From positions 608,001 to 672,000 of the forward strand of contig CAXNJO010000001.1 in the NCBI GenBank assembly GCA_964202905.1: a stretch of DNA of 64,000 nt, in the 5' to 3' direction. A program made the translations under genes and the position numbers. The first letter of the stretch is position 1; every line of letters begins with the position of its first letter. Below, in pieces: positions 44,344-54,528 of the stretch. The DNA is from Polyangiales bacterium. GTDB taxonomy: Bacteria; Myxococcota_A; Polyangia; Polyangiales; JADJQN01. The notes beneath the pieces are model-generated. The model was given only the letters and a program-made list of their open reading frames with translations, was not told where the DNA came from and did not search any database.

Positions 44344-45376
44344 TCAGGTCGGCCCGGCCTGGCGCCCCGGCGGCACCGGCAGGCCGAGGTGCGCGTACGC
44401 GCGCTCGGTGGCCATGCGCCCGCGCGCCGTCCGCGCGAGAAAGCCCTGCTGCAGGAGGTACGGCTCGTACACATCCTCGAGCGTGTCGCGCGGCTCGCTG
44501 AGCGCGGCGGCGAGCGTCTCGACGCCCACCGGGCCGCCCCGGTAGTGGTCGATGATCACGCGGAGCAGGCGGCGGTCCATCTCGTCGAGGCCGGCCGAGT
44601 CGACGTCGAGCCGGTCGAGCGCGTCCTTCGCGCGACGCGTCGTGACGACGCCGTCGCCGAGCACCTCGGCGAAGTCGCGCGCCCGCCGCAGCAGGCGGTT
44701 CACGATGCGCGGCGTGCCGCGCGCGCGGCGCGCGAGCTCGAACGCCGCGTCGGGCTCGATGGCGAGGCCGAGCAGCCCCGCGCTGCGCGCCGCAATGCTG
44801 CGCGAGGTCTTCCGGCGGGTAGTAGTCGAGCCGCGCGATGTAGCCGAAGCGCGAGAGCAGCGGCGAAGTGAGCAGGCCCGTGCGCGTCGTCGCGCCGACC
44901 AGCGTGAAGGGCTGCAGCGGGAGCTGCAGCGTCGTCGCGTAGGGGCCCTCGCCCTGCACGATGTCGATGCGGAAGTCCTCGATCGCGGAGTAGAGGTTCT
45001 CTTCGACGACGGGCTGCAGACGGTGGATCTCGTCGATGAAGAGCACGTCGCGCCGGCCGAGCTTCGTGAGCAGCGCCGCGAGCTGGCCCTTGTGTTCGAT
45101 GGCCGGGCCGGACGCGAGCACGAGCTTCGAGTCGAGCTCCTCGGCGAGGATGCAGGCCATCGTCGTCTTGCCGAGGCCGGGCGGCCCGCAGAAGAGCACG
45201 TGGTCGAGCGGCCCGCCGCGCGCGTTCGCGGCCGCGACGAAGATGCGGAGGTTCTCCTTGAGCTTCGTCTGGCCGACGTAGTCGTCGAAGCGCGACGGAC
45301 GCAGGGTGATGTCGTAGCCGCGCTCCTCGTCGAGGCGCGCCGTGCTGAGCGCGTGGTCGGTGTCGCGCGCGGTCAT
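44344..45376 (-). CDS. ruvB: Holliday junction helicase RuvB (1-nt insertion near 44797)
   Basis: [37 protein letters not shown]-terminal GGPVG...[17 protein letters not shown] in the shifted frame. Confidence 0.95.
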
Positions 45377-46002
45377 CGGAGCTGCCCCAGGGCCTCGCGC
45401 AGCAGGGCCTCGGGCGGACGGCCCTCGAGGTCCCCTTGTTCGGCGAGACGCGCGACGGCGCGCTCGGCCTCGGCGGGCTTGTAGCCCATCTGCACGAGGG
45501 CCCCGACGACGAGCGCGCCGGGATCGTTCGCGCTGCGGACCGCGGCGCGCGCGGGCGTCGCGGCGGGCGCGGCGAGCGTGCCCGCGCTCGAGGCCGAGAC
45601 GAGCAGCTTGTCCTTCAGCTCGAGGAGCAGGCGCTCGACGATCTTCTTGCCGACGCCCGGGATCCCCTTGAACGCGTTGCGATCCCCGCCAGCGACCGCC
45701 CGCGCGAGCGCGCGTGCGTCGAGTCCGCTCAAGATGGCGAGCGAGACCTTCGGGCCGACGCTCGCGACGCCCAGCAGCGTGCGGAAGGCCGCGCGATCGT
45801 CGAGCGACGCGAAGCCGAAGAGGGTGATCGCGTCCTCGCGCACGTGCGTGTGCACGAACAGCGTGAGCGGCGCGCCCTCCGCGGGGAGGCGGCCGAGCGT
45901 GCCGAGCGGGACGCTCACCTCGTAGCCGACGCCGCCCACATCGAGGATGCAGGTGCCGTCGGCCGCGCGCTCGACCAGTGTTCCCGAGAGCCGCCCGATC
46001 AC
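45373..46002 (-). CDS. ruvA: Holliday junction branch migration protein RuvA
   Basis: [46 protein letters not shown]. Confidence 0.96.
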   Translation of the reverse strand: MIGRLSGTLVERAADGTCILDVGGVGYEVSVPLGTLGRLPAEGAPLTLFVHTHVREDAITLFGFASLDDRAAFRTLLGVASVGPKVSLAILSGLDARALARAVAGGDRNAFKGIPGVGKKIVERLLLELKDKLLVSASSAGTLAAPAATPARAAVRSANDPGALVVGALVQMGYKPAEAERAVARLAEQGDLEGRPPEALLREALGQLR

Positions 46003-46022
46003 GGCGGCGACCCTAGCATGGA

Positions 46023-46038
46023 CTGAACATCGCTCCAG
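46023..46038 (-). promoter_or_regulatory. Possible LexA (SOS) box in the ruvA promoter
   Basis: Minus strand CTGGAG-CGAT-GTTCAG (CTG-N10-CAG with a GTTCAG half-site), just upstream of a TAGGGT -10 box at 46010-46015. Confidence 0.4.
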
Positions 46039-46056
46039 CTATGGCCGCACTGCGGC

Positions 46057-47280
46057 TCAGGGAGCGATCTCGCAGGTCGTGCCGGTGAAGCCGGGCGTGC
46101 AGTCGCACGTGAAGCCGTTGATGCCATCGGTGCAGGCGCCGCCGTTCTGGCAGGGGTTGGGGCTGCACTCGTCGATGTTCGTCTCGCAGGTCGCGCCTTC
46201 GAATCCGGGGGCGCAGGTGCAGGAGAAGCTGTTGACGCCGTCCGTGCAGGTGCCGCCGTTCTGGCAGGGGTTGGGGCTGCACTCGTCGATGTTCGTGTCG
46301 CAGATGGCGCCGGAGAAGCCGGGCGCGCAGGTGCACGTGAAACTTCCGACTCCGTCGGCGCACATGCCGCCGTTGCGGCACGGATTGGGGTCGCAGTCGT
46401 TGCGGTTGGTGCAGGTCGGCGCCGCGCCCGGGTTGTTCGTGCAGGCGAAGAAGGAGATCTCGCCGCAGCCGCCGTTGTCCGTCGCGCACTCGTCGATGTC
46501 CGTGCAGGTCGGCGCCGCGCCCCTGTTGTTGGTGCACGTGACGAAGGTGGCCGCGCCGCAGCCGCCGTTGTCCGTCGCGCACTCGTCGATGTCGGTCCCG
46601 CACGTCATCCCGGAGAACCCGAACGGGCACGAGCAGGAGAAGCCGGCGACGCCGTCGGCGCAGAGGCCACCGTTCTGGCAGGGGCTCGACGCGCAGTCGT
46701 CGATGTTGGTCGCGCAGGTCGCGCCCGAGAAGCCGAGCACGCAGGCGCAGGCGAAGTTGTCGACGCCGTCGATGCAGACCCCGCCGTTGAGGCAGGGGTC
46801 GGTCGCGCAGTCGTCGATGTTCGTGCCGCAGACCGCGCCGGTGAAGCCCGCCGCGCACATGCACGTGAAGCTGTCGACGCCGTCGGTGCAGGTGCCTCCG
46901 TTGAGACACGGGTCGGTGGCGCAGTCGTCGATGTTGGCCTCGCAGGTCGGGCCCTCGAAGCCCGCCGCGCAGGTGCAGGTGAACGACGCGCCGCCCGCCG
47001 CGCAGGTGCCGCCGTTGAGGCAGGGCGCAGCGGCGCACGGGTCGACGACCATCATGTCGACATCGACGTTCATGTCGACATCCACGTTCATGTCGACCAG
47101 GACGTTCATGTCGACGGGCACCGTCATGTCCGTGCCGCCGTCCGCGACGGTCGCGTCGGCGCTGGCGTCCACGCCCGTCGGGATGAGCGAGCGATCGAAG
47201 TCGGTCACGAGCTCGCAGGCGGCCGTGAGCGAGGCGAGCGCGAGCGCTCCAGAGAAGAAGGCGAGACGGCGGTGGTTCAT
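46057..47280 (-). CDS. Lipoprotein with tandem calcium-binding EGF-like (Notch-type) repeats
   Basis: Lipobox TAAC; seven 6-Cys repeats of the type NIDECSPNPCQNGGTCTDGVNSFSCTCAPGFEGATCE plus two 4-Cys DIDECATDNGGC units. Confidence 0.92.
   Translation of the reverse strand: MNHRRLAFFSGALALASLTAACELVTDFDRSLIPTGVDASADATVADGGTDMTVPVDMNVLVDMNVDVDMNVDVDMMVVDPCAAAPCLNGGTCAAGGASFTCTCAAGFEGPTCEANIDDCATDPCLNGGTCTDGVDSFTCMCAAGFTGAVCGTNIDDCATDPCLNGGVCIDGVDNFACACVLGFSGATCATNIDDCASSPCQNGGLCADGVAGFSCSCPFGFSGMTCGTDIDECATDNGGCGAATFVTCTNNRGAAPTCTDIDECATDNGGCGEISFFACTNNPGAAPTCTNRNDCDPNPCRNGGMCADGVGSFTCTCAPGFSGAICDTNIDECSPNPCQNGGTCTDGVNSFSCTCAPGFEGATCETNIDECSPNPCQNGGACTDGINGFTCDCTPGFTGTTCEIAP
47051..47128 (-). 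repeat. 18-bp coding repeat (DMNVDV-type linker)
   Basis: DMTVPVDMNVLVDMNVDVDMNVDVDMM in the stalk of the EGF protein. Confidence 0.75.
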
Positions 47281-47449
47281 CGGGGTCCTCGGCAGGAAGG
47301 TCGAACTCGGCGGCGCGGACGCGCCGGGTCTTCGACGCGGGAGGTTAGCACCTCCGCGGTTCGCCCCGACGCCCGTCCACCCTACGGGCCGGAAATGGGC
47401 GCCGTCAACGGCGTCGGCCACCAGGGGCGTGGGCTCGGCGTCGTGCGCG

Positions 47450-48520
47450 TCACCCGAAGAGGCGCGCCACGAGCCCCGCGAGCGGCGCGCGGTGCGACGA
47501 GACGCTCTCGGCGAGCGCGAGCTGCGAGCGCGCCCGCACGAGGTTGTGCGCGCCGCGCGTCTCGTAACGCACTGCGTCATAGCCGAAATAGCGCTCTTCG
47601 AGGGCATCCGCGCAGAAGCGGCTCGCGAGCTCGAGCGCGATGGTCTCGAGCCCGGCGGGCAGGGCGGGCGGCTCCTCGGGCGCGAGCAGCCCGCGCGTCG
47701 TCTCCGCGTAGCCCTCGAGCGCGGCCTCGACGAGCGCGAGATCGACGGCCGCGTGCACGGCGCTCTCGCCCGCGGGGTTGCACCACGAGCGCAGCGCGTC
47801 GCCGAGCTCCACGGCGAGCGTGCCGTGCGCGAGCGTGTCGAGGTCGAGCAGCGCGACCGCCTCGCCGAGCGTGTCGTCGAAGAGCACGTTCGTGAGCTTC
47901 AGATCGCCGTGGATGATGCGCGTCGGCAGCGCGGGGATCACGGGGAGCGCGTGCGCGAGGATGCGCGCGGCGACGGGCGCGACCTCGGTGAAGCGCGCGT
48001 GATCGGCGTGTGTCGCGAGCACCGTGCGCAGGTGCGCGAGGTGGCGCGGCGTGTCGTGCGCGCCCGGCCGCGTGAAGTGGAAGGTGTGCGTGAGGTCCGC
48101 GAGCGCGCGGTGGAAACGCCCCGCAGCGGCGGCCGCCGCACGCGCGACGCGGGGCGACTCGGCCACAGCCACGCAGCGCCCGGCGAGGAAGGTCTGCGCG
48201 CGCCAGGCGCCGTCGGGCGCGTCGACCCAGAGCGCGCCGTCGATCGTCGGCACGAGGCGCGGCGTGGTCACGCCCTTGTCCGCGAGGTGCGCGGTGATGG
48301 CGGCGAAGTCGCGGTTCACCTCGCCGCGGAAGGCGGGGTGCAGGCGCTGCAGGATCAGCGTGCGCGGCGCCGTGTCCGGGCGCGTGACGCGGTACGTGCG
48401 GTTGATGAGGCCGATCTCGATCGGCGCGAGGTCGGTGCCGGGCGTGAGCGCGTACGCGGCGCGCACGGCCTCGGGCAGCGCGTCGAGCGGGGCGGGCGAG
48501 GCGGGCAGCGCTGTGGACAT
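47450..48520 (-). CDS. Aminoglycoside phosphotransferase-like (APH/NahK-type) kinase
   Basis: GLINRTY, ILQRL, IIHGDLKLTNVLF, LLDLDT, LGDALRSWCN. Confidence 0.85.
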   Translation of the reverse strand: MSTALPASPAPLDALPEAVRAAYALTPGTDLAPIEIGLINRTYRVTRPDTAPRTLILQRLHPAFRGEVNRDFAAITAHLADKGVTTPRLVPTIDGALWVDAPDGAWRAQTFLAGRCVAVAESPRVARAAAAAAGRFHRALADLTHTFHFTRPGAHDTPRHLAHLRTVLATHADHARFTEVAPVAARILAHALPVIPALPTRIIHGDLKLTNVLFDDTLGEAVALLDLDTLAHGTLAVELGDALRSWCNPAGESAVHAAVDLALVEAALEGYAETTRGLLAPEEPPALPAGLETIALELASRFCADALEERYFGYDAVRYETRGAHNLVRARSQLALAESVSSHRAPLAGLVARLFG

Positions 48521-48530
48521 GAATGGCGAT

Positions 48531-50311
48531 TCAGCGCGCGGGCACGGCGACGGTGCCGTCGGCCGTGTGCTCGCGGAGAAAGGCCTCGATGCCCGCGGGC
48601 ACGGGATTCATGGGCGTATCCGTCGCGGCGAGCGCGTCGAGGTGCGTGAGCGCGCGTGCGTCGACGACGCGGAAGCCGGCGGTGTCCGCGCCCTCCGCGC
48701 CACGACCGACGCCCGCCATCGGGCGCCCTGCGCCGACGGTCGGCGCGATGCGGGCGCGCACCGCCTTCGTAGCCGCCCTCGGCCGTGAGCGCCGCGGCGA
48801 CGGCGAGCACGGGCGCGTCCATGCGCGGGCCGTCGAAGGCGCGCAGCCCTTCGGCCGCCTGCCACGAGTCCTCGGCGAGCGCGTTCCCGCCCACGGCGCC
48901 CTGATCGAGCGGGAGCCGCTGCGGGTAGTACCAGTCGGCGTAGTTCGTGCGGCCTGCGGCCCACGAGCGCGCGAGGTTGTCGACGGGCGTGTACTCGGGC
49001 GGCGTCGCGTCGGGCGCGTCGATCCAGTCGTACGTCGCCGCGCTGTCCGTCGGGTAGACGAGCATCCCGAAGAGCCCGTCCTTCGTGTCGGTCGGCCCGC
49101 CCGTCGGCTTGCCGAGCGAGCAGGAGAACACGGGGATTCCGTTCGATTCGTCGTCGAAGCCGAAGGCGAGCGCCGCGCGGTTCGTGAAGTCCGGCACCGC
49201 GCCGCGCGGGATCGAGAAGAGCGTCGCGAGCACGCGGTCGCGCTCGCGGTCCACGCTCACCGCCTCGGGCGACGTGAGCGCGCGCAGCGACATGATCTGC
49301 GCGGTCGCGAGCACGCCGACGCCGAGCAGCGGCAGCTCGAGGTAGCGCGGCCCCTCGGCGCGTAGCGCGTCGAGCCCGGCGAGCGGCGCGAAGCCCCCGC
49401 TCGTCCCCCCGCGATACTCCGTCCTCGGTGATCGCCTCGCCCTGCGACGCGCCGTCGACGAGGATGACGCCCGCGAGCTCCTCCGCGCCGCGCCGCGCCT
49501 CCGCGCCCTCGCCGAAGCGCCACGCCGCGTACGTCTCCGCGACGCCCGCGCCCGCCGAGTGCCCCATCAAGAACACATGCCCCACGCGATCGCCCTCGGG
49601 CACGAGCGCGATCACGCGGCGCACGTCCTCGAGCAGCGTCGCGAGGCCCCACTCGCTCATGAAATCGACCGAATCCTGCGTGCGGAAGCCCGCGAACGCC
49701 GCGCCGTCGATGGTGTCGCTGCGGTAGTAGTAGCCCTGCGCGATCTCGGGATTTCCGGCGACGGTGGCGGTCGCCATGCCGCGCAGATCCTCGAGCAGGT
49801 TCGAGCGCCGGTCGATCGCCCACACCTCGGTCGTCTCGCCGCTTGCGGCGCCGCGCAGCACGAGCGCGCGGGCGAGCGCGTCATAGCTGCCCGCCCCGCC
49901 GAAGGTGCCCGGGTACGCGACGACGATCGCGCGCGCGGGCTTCGGCGTCGCGACGTCCTCGCGGTAGCGCACGACCTGCGTCGCCTGGAGCTCGCTCGGC
50001 GTCGCGGTGCCCGTCGTCGGGTTCGGCGGCGCCGCCACGCCCGGCACCACGAAGACGTCGCGGCGCACGCCCGTCTCGGGCACGTCCGACGCGGGCGGCT
50101 CGGCGAGCGTCCAGTCGGGCGGCGGCCCCGCGTCGACGGGCGCGGGCGCGTCGATCCCGGCGTCCACCGGCGGCATCGCGCCATCGTCGTCGCCGCACCC
50201 CGCGAGCGCGAGGGTCGCGCAGAGCGCGGGGCCGAGCGCGCCGCCGCGCGTTCGGAAGGCGCCGCGGCGGCGGCGGTTCGAGCAGGAATTCACCGTGGGC
50301 GTGCGCGGCAT
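48531..50311 (-). CDS. Alpha/beta-hydrolase lipoprotein (frameshifts near 49420 and 48765)
   Basis: ATG overlaps the ruvC stop; lipobox LAGC; WAIDRRSNLLED; GHSAG; C-terminal LTHLD. Confidence 0.7.
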
Positions 50312-50976
50312 CAGCGGCTCCTCGTCTTCGTCGGTGCGGTCCCGGCGGGCGTCCGCGTCGCGGCGTCGCCGGCGTCCGCGCCACCCCGCACGGGGGCCGC
50401 GGGCGCACGGCGCAGGCTAGCGCGCGCGTCCGGCAGCGACGCGTTTTTGTGCGTGGCGCCGGGCCTCGCGCGGGCCGGCCCCGGCGTCGCGGTGCCCGCC
50501 CCGCCCGGCCAACGCGACGACTGCAGGTGCGTGACGGCGATGGCGAGCGCGTCCGTCGCGTCGACCGCCGGCAGCTCCGTCCAGCCGAGCAGCGCCCCGA
50601 CCATCCGCGCGACCTGCGCCTTGTCGGCCGCGCCGCGTCCGCCCACCGCGCGCTTCACGAGCGCGGGCGGATACGCGCTCACCGCGAGCCCGCGCCGCGC
50701 CGCCGCGACGAGCGCCGCCCCGCGCGCATGCCCGAGCTTCATCGCCGCGGCCGGGTACTTCGCGAAAAAGATGTCCTCCACCGCGCAGACGTCGGGCGCG
50801 TGCGCCGTGATGACCGCGTCGAGCGCCTCGCAGATCGCGAGCAACCGCCGCTCGAGCGGCTCGCTCTCACGCAGCGTGATGACGCCCGCCGCGAGGCCGC
50901 GCAGCCGCGCGCCATCGCCCTCGACGACGCCCCAGCCCGTCCGCACCGTGCCCGGATCGACACCGAGGACGCGCAT
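50311..50976 (-). CDS. ruvC: Holliday junction resolvase RuvC
   Basis: LGVDPG, AVEDIF, LGHARG, GRGAADKAQV, DATDALAIA; low-complexity C-terminal extension. Confidence 0.95.
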   Translation of the reverse strand: MRVLGVDPGTVRTGWGVVEGDGARLRGLAAGVITLRESEPLERRLLAICEALDAVITAHAPDVCAVEDIFFAKYPAAAMKLGHARGAALVAAARRGLAVSAYPPALVKRAVGGRGAADKAQVARMVGALLGWTELPAVDATDALAIAVTHLQSSRWPGGAGTATPGPARARPGATHKNASLPDARASLRRAPAAPVRGGADAGDAATRTPAGTAPTKTRSR

Positions 50977-50982
50977 CCGCGC

Positions 50983-51732
50983 CTAGGCCTCGAGCGCCGC
51001 GAGCGCCTCGTCGGAGGGCTCGAAGTCGCTCCAGACCTTCTGCACGTCGTCGTGGTCCTCGAGCACCTCGAGCAGATCGAAGCAGCGCTGCGCGTCGCCC
51101 GCGTCGACGACCTTCGGCGTCCGCGCCCGCTGCTGCACGCCGCCGCTCTTCACCGCGATGCCCGCTGCCTCGAGCGCGCTGCGCACCGCGTCGAGCTCGC
51201 CCGGCGGCGTCTCGATGCGCCACTCGTCGCCGTCGTCCGCGACGTCCTCGGCGCCCGCGCCGACGGCCACCTCGAAGAGCTGCTCCTCGGTCGCGGCGCC
51301 CCGCGCGAGCGTGAGCATGCCCTTCGGCTCGAAGGCCCAGGCCGCGACGCCCGCCGCGCCGAGCTGCCCGCCGTGCTTGTCGAAGACCTTGCGCAGCTCG
51401 GGCGCGGTGCGGTTGCGGTTGTCGGTGAGCGTCTCCATCAGCCAGAGCGTGCCGCCCGGCCCGACGCCCTCGTAGACGATCTCCTCGTAGCTCGCGCCCT
51501 CGAGCTCCCCCGTGCCCTTCTTGATCGCGCGCGTGATGTTGTCGGCCGGCATGCTCGCGGCCTTCGCGTCGTCGATCGCGCGCCGCAGGCGCGGATTGCC
51601 GCCCGGGTCGCCGCCGCCCATGCGCGCCGCGACCGTGATCTCCTTGATCACGCGCGAGAACATCCGCCCGCGCTTCGCGTCGAGCGCGCCCTTCTTGCGC
51701 TTGATCGTCGCCCACTTGGAATGGCCGCTCAT
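50983..51732 (-). CDS. yebC: YebC/PmpR family protein
   Basis: MSGHSKWATIKRKK, NPRLR, YEGVGPGG, TDNRNRT, LEDHDDVQKVW. Confidence 0.96.
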   Translation of the reverse strand: MSGHSKWATIKRKKGALDAKRGRMFSRVIKEITVAARMGGGDPGGNPRLRRAIDDAKAASMPADNITRAIKKGTGELEGASYEEIVYEGVGPGGTLWLMETLTDNRNRTAPELRKVFDKHGGQLGAAGVAAWAFEPKGMLTLARGAATEEQLFEVAVGAGAEDVADDGDEWRIETPPGELDAVRSALEAAGIAVKSGGVQQRARTPKVVDAGDAQRCFDLLEVLEDHDDVQKVWSDFEPSDEALAALEA

Positions 51733-51844
51733 CGCTGGTGCTCCGACGTGGAAGTGCCCGCACTACCTAGTCTTTTCGGCGTGCACGCGTCAAGCACGGC
51801 GGCGCGCCGCGACGCCGCCCGCTGCCCGTGGTACGCCCGCCCGC

Positions 51845-53518
51845 ATGCCGTCGCCCCGCCCGAAGACCCCCCGCACGCCGCGCATCTCCGGCCCCGCGCT
51901 CCGCGCCCTCGCGCTCGCGACGCGCGCCGCGCCGACCCGCGCGCTGCTCGCGGCGATCACGATCCGCGAGCTCGGCGTCGACAAGCTGGCCGCGCTCGAG
52001 CCCGAGCTGCGCGGCGCGCTCCCGCTGAACGCGCTGCCGCTCCGCGCGCGCGCCTCGCACGAGCGCCCCACAGCAGGCCTCGGCGTGACGCCGCCCGCCG
52101 CGCACGCCCCGACGAGCGCCTCGCTCACCGCGCTCTACCGAAGCGGCGCCCTCACGCCGCGCGACGTGACGGCGCGCGCGCTCGACGCCGCGCGGACGCT
52201 CGCCGCCTACACGCCGCCGATGCCCGCCGTCCTCGACTACGACGACGCGGCCGCCCGCGCCGCCGCCGCGGCCTCGACCGAGCGCTGGCAGCGCGGCGCG
52301 CCGCTCTCTCCGCTCGACGGCGTGCCCCTCACGATCAAGGAGCAATCCGACGTGGCGGGCCTGCCGACGCGTCTCGGCACCTCGTACCTCGCGTCGTCCC
52401 CCGCGACGAACGACGCCACCGTCGTCGCGCGGCTCCGCGCGGCCGGCGCCGTCGTGCTCGGCACCTCGCCGATGACCGAGTTCGGCATGACGCCCGTCGG
52501 CTACAACCCGCACCGCACGATGCCGCGAAATCCCCACGATCTGCGGCACACGGCGGGCGGCAGCTCGACGGGCGCCGGCGTGGGCGTCGCGACCGGCCTC
52601 GTCCCCGTCGCGCTCGGCGCCGACGGCGGCGGCTCCATCCGCACGCCCGCGGCGCTCGTCGGCGTCTTCGGCCTCAAGCCCACCTTCGGCCGCATCCCGC
52701 GCGGCGGCGACGGCTTCGGCGGCACCGTCAACCACCTCGGCCCGCTCGCGCGCTCGGTGCACGACCTCGCCGTCTTCACGGACGCGGTCTCCGGCGAGGA
52801 CCCGCGCGACGAGCTCACGCGCGGCACGGTGCCCTCGCGCACCGTCGAGGCGCTCGGCCGCGGCGTGCGCGGTCTGCGCATCGGCCTCGACGACGAGGAG
52901 TGGCGCGACGCCGACCCGGAGGTCGCGCGCGTCTGCCGCGACGCCCTCGCCGCCCTCGAGCGCGAGGGCGCGGTCCTCGTCCCCATCGCCGCGGAGCTGG
53001 TGCGTCACGCGGCTGCGATCGGCTATCCGACCATCGGCGCCGAGGCGCTCGCCGGCCTGCGCGAGGCGCGCACCTGGCACGCCGACCGGATCGGCGACGA
53101 CCTCACCGTCTCGCTCGCCGTGCTCTCCGAGCTCGACGGCGACGCCTACGTCGACGCGCAGTGCCTCCGCGCGACGCTGCGCGCCGAGGTCGCGCGGCTG
53201 CTCGCCGACGTCGACGTGATCGCGCTCCCGACCACCGCGAAGACCGCCCCGCGCGCGACGGATGACGAGCTGCGCGGCGGCTTCGTCGATCCCCCCGTGC
53301 TCGACTCGCTCTGCCGCTACGCCTTCCTCGGCAACCTCACGGGCCTCCCCGCGGGCACCGCGCCCGTGGGCCGCGACGCCGCGGGCCTGCCTATCGGCCT
53401 GCAGATCCTCGGCGACGCCTGGGACGAGGCCTGCGTGCTGCAGGTCCTCGCGCACCTCGAGCGCATCGGCGCCGCGCGCGTCGAGCGCCCGCGCGTCTGG
53501 GTCGACATCACCGGCTGA
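51845..53518 (+). CDS. Amidase-signature family enzyme (FAAH-like)
   Basis: LDGVPLTIK, TAGGSSTG, GADGGGSIRTPA, GLKPTFGR, GLPIGLQ. Confidence 0.9.
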   Translation: MPSPRPKTPRTPRISGPALRALALATRAAPTRALLAAITIRELGVDKLAALEPELRGALPLNALPLRARASHERPTAGLGVTPPAAHAPTSASLTALYRSGALTPRDVTARALDAARTLAAYTPPMPAVLDYDDAAARAAAAASTERWQRGAPLSPLDGVPLTIKEQSDVAGLPTRLGTSYLASSPATNDATVVARLRAAGAVVLGTSPMTEFGMTPVGYNPHRTMPRNPHDLRHTAGGSSTGAGVGVATGLVPVALGADGGGSIRTPAALVGVFGLKPTFGRIPRGGDGFGGTVNHLGPLARSVHDLAVFTDAVSGEDPRDELTRGTVPSRTVEALGRGVRGLRIGLDDEEWRDADPEVARVCRDALAALEREGAVLVPIAAELVRHAAAIGYPTIGAEALAGLREARTWHADRIGDDLTVSLAVLSELDGDAYVDAQCLRATLRAEVARLLADVDVIALPTTAKTAPRATDDELRGGFVDPPVLDSLCRYAFLGNLTGLPAGTAPVGRDAAGLPIGLQILGDAWDEACVLQVLAHLERIGAARVERPRVWVDITG

Positions 53519-53544
53519 TCACCGACCGCCCGTCGCCGGTCTGC

Positions 53545-54400
53545 TCAGGGGCGCGACGCCGGCTTCCAGCCGGGCGGCCCGAACACGTAGCCCGCGATCT
53601 CGCGCAGCGAGCGGCTCCGCACGACGTCGCGCGCGATCGCGGCGTACTCGTGGAAGGCGATCCGCAGCGGGTTGTAGGTGTCGATGTTCTTCGTGAGCCC
53701 GTAGACGACGCGCTCGCGCTCCGGCTCGAAGGTGCCGAAGAGGCGGTCCCAGACGATGAGGATCCCGCCGTAGTTCTTGTCGAGGTAGCGGCCGTTCGAG
53801 CCGTGGTGCACGCGGTGGTGCGAGGCGGTGTTGAAGACGTACTCGAGGCCGCGCGGCAGGCGCGTGACGACCTCGGTGTGCACCCAGAACTGGTAGATGA
53901 GGTTGATCCCGCCCGACATCAGGATCAGCCACGGCGACACGCCGAGCAGCGCGAGCGGCGGGAAGAAGAACACCGCCGCATACGGCGTCCACGGCTGCCG
54001 GAGCGCCGTGGAGAAGTTGTACTGGCGGCTGGAGTGGTGGCTGACGTGGCACGCCCACAGCACGCGGATCTCGTGCTCGAGGCGGTGGTTCCAGTAATAG
54101 GCGAAGTCCCAGCCCACCAGCGCGAGCGCCCAACCGAGCGCACCCGCGCCCGCGATCGAAGACGCCGGTACGGGTACAGCACGCCCCGCGAGCCGCGAAG
54201 ACCAGCGCGTTCACCGGCAGCGTCGCGAGGGTCGAGCCGATGCCCATCGCGAGGCTCGCCGCGGTGTCGCGACCGTCGTCGTAGCCGAGCACGTCCCGCT
54301 CCGCGCGCCGCTGGCGCCGGGCCACGACGACCTCGAGCGCGATCGCGAGGACGAAGAACGGCACCGCGTAGAGCGTCGGGTCCGGCAGCTCCGGGAACAT
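53545..54400 (-). CDS. Sterol desaturase / alkylglycerol monooxygenase-like di-iron enzyme (frameshift near 54170)
   Basis: YYWNHRLEHE, HVSHHSS..YNFSTALRQ, QFWVHTE, HHRVHHG, DKNYGGILIVWDRLFGTF. Confidence 0.88.
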
Positions 54401-54528
54401 CGCGGCCGAGCATAGCCCAGCGCGCCGCCCTCCGCCGTGCCCGCGCCCGTGCCCCGGCGCCTGTGCCCGCGCGCCCCGCTGGGCGGGCTCCGGTGCGCGT
54501 CCGGTGCCCGCGGGGTGCCGCCGCCGGG

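Noticed and set aside
44344..45376. ruvB pseudogene or programmed frameshift
   Set aside because: Single extra base with no slippery sequence; the same error pattern occurs throughout the window
45947..48649. 900-aa + strand ORF with QxPP/HSSM repeats, and similar ORFs at 19968-21254
   Set aside because: Antisense mirror of Cys-rich repeat genes on the minus strand
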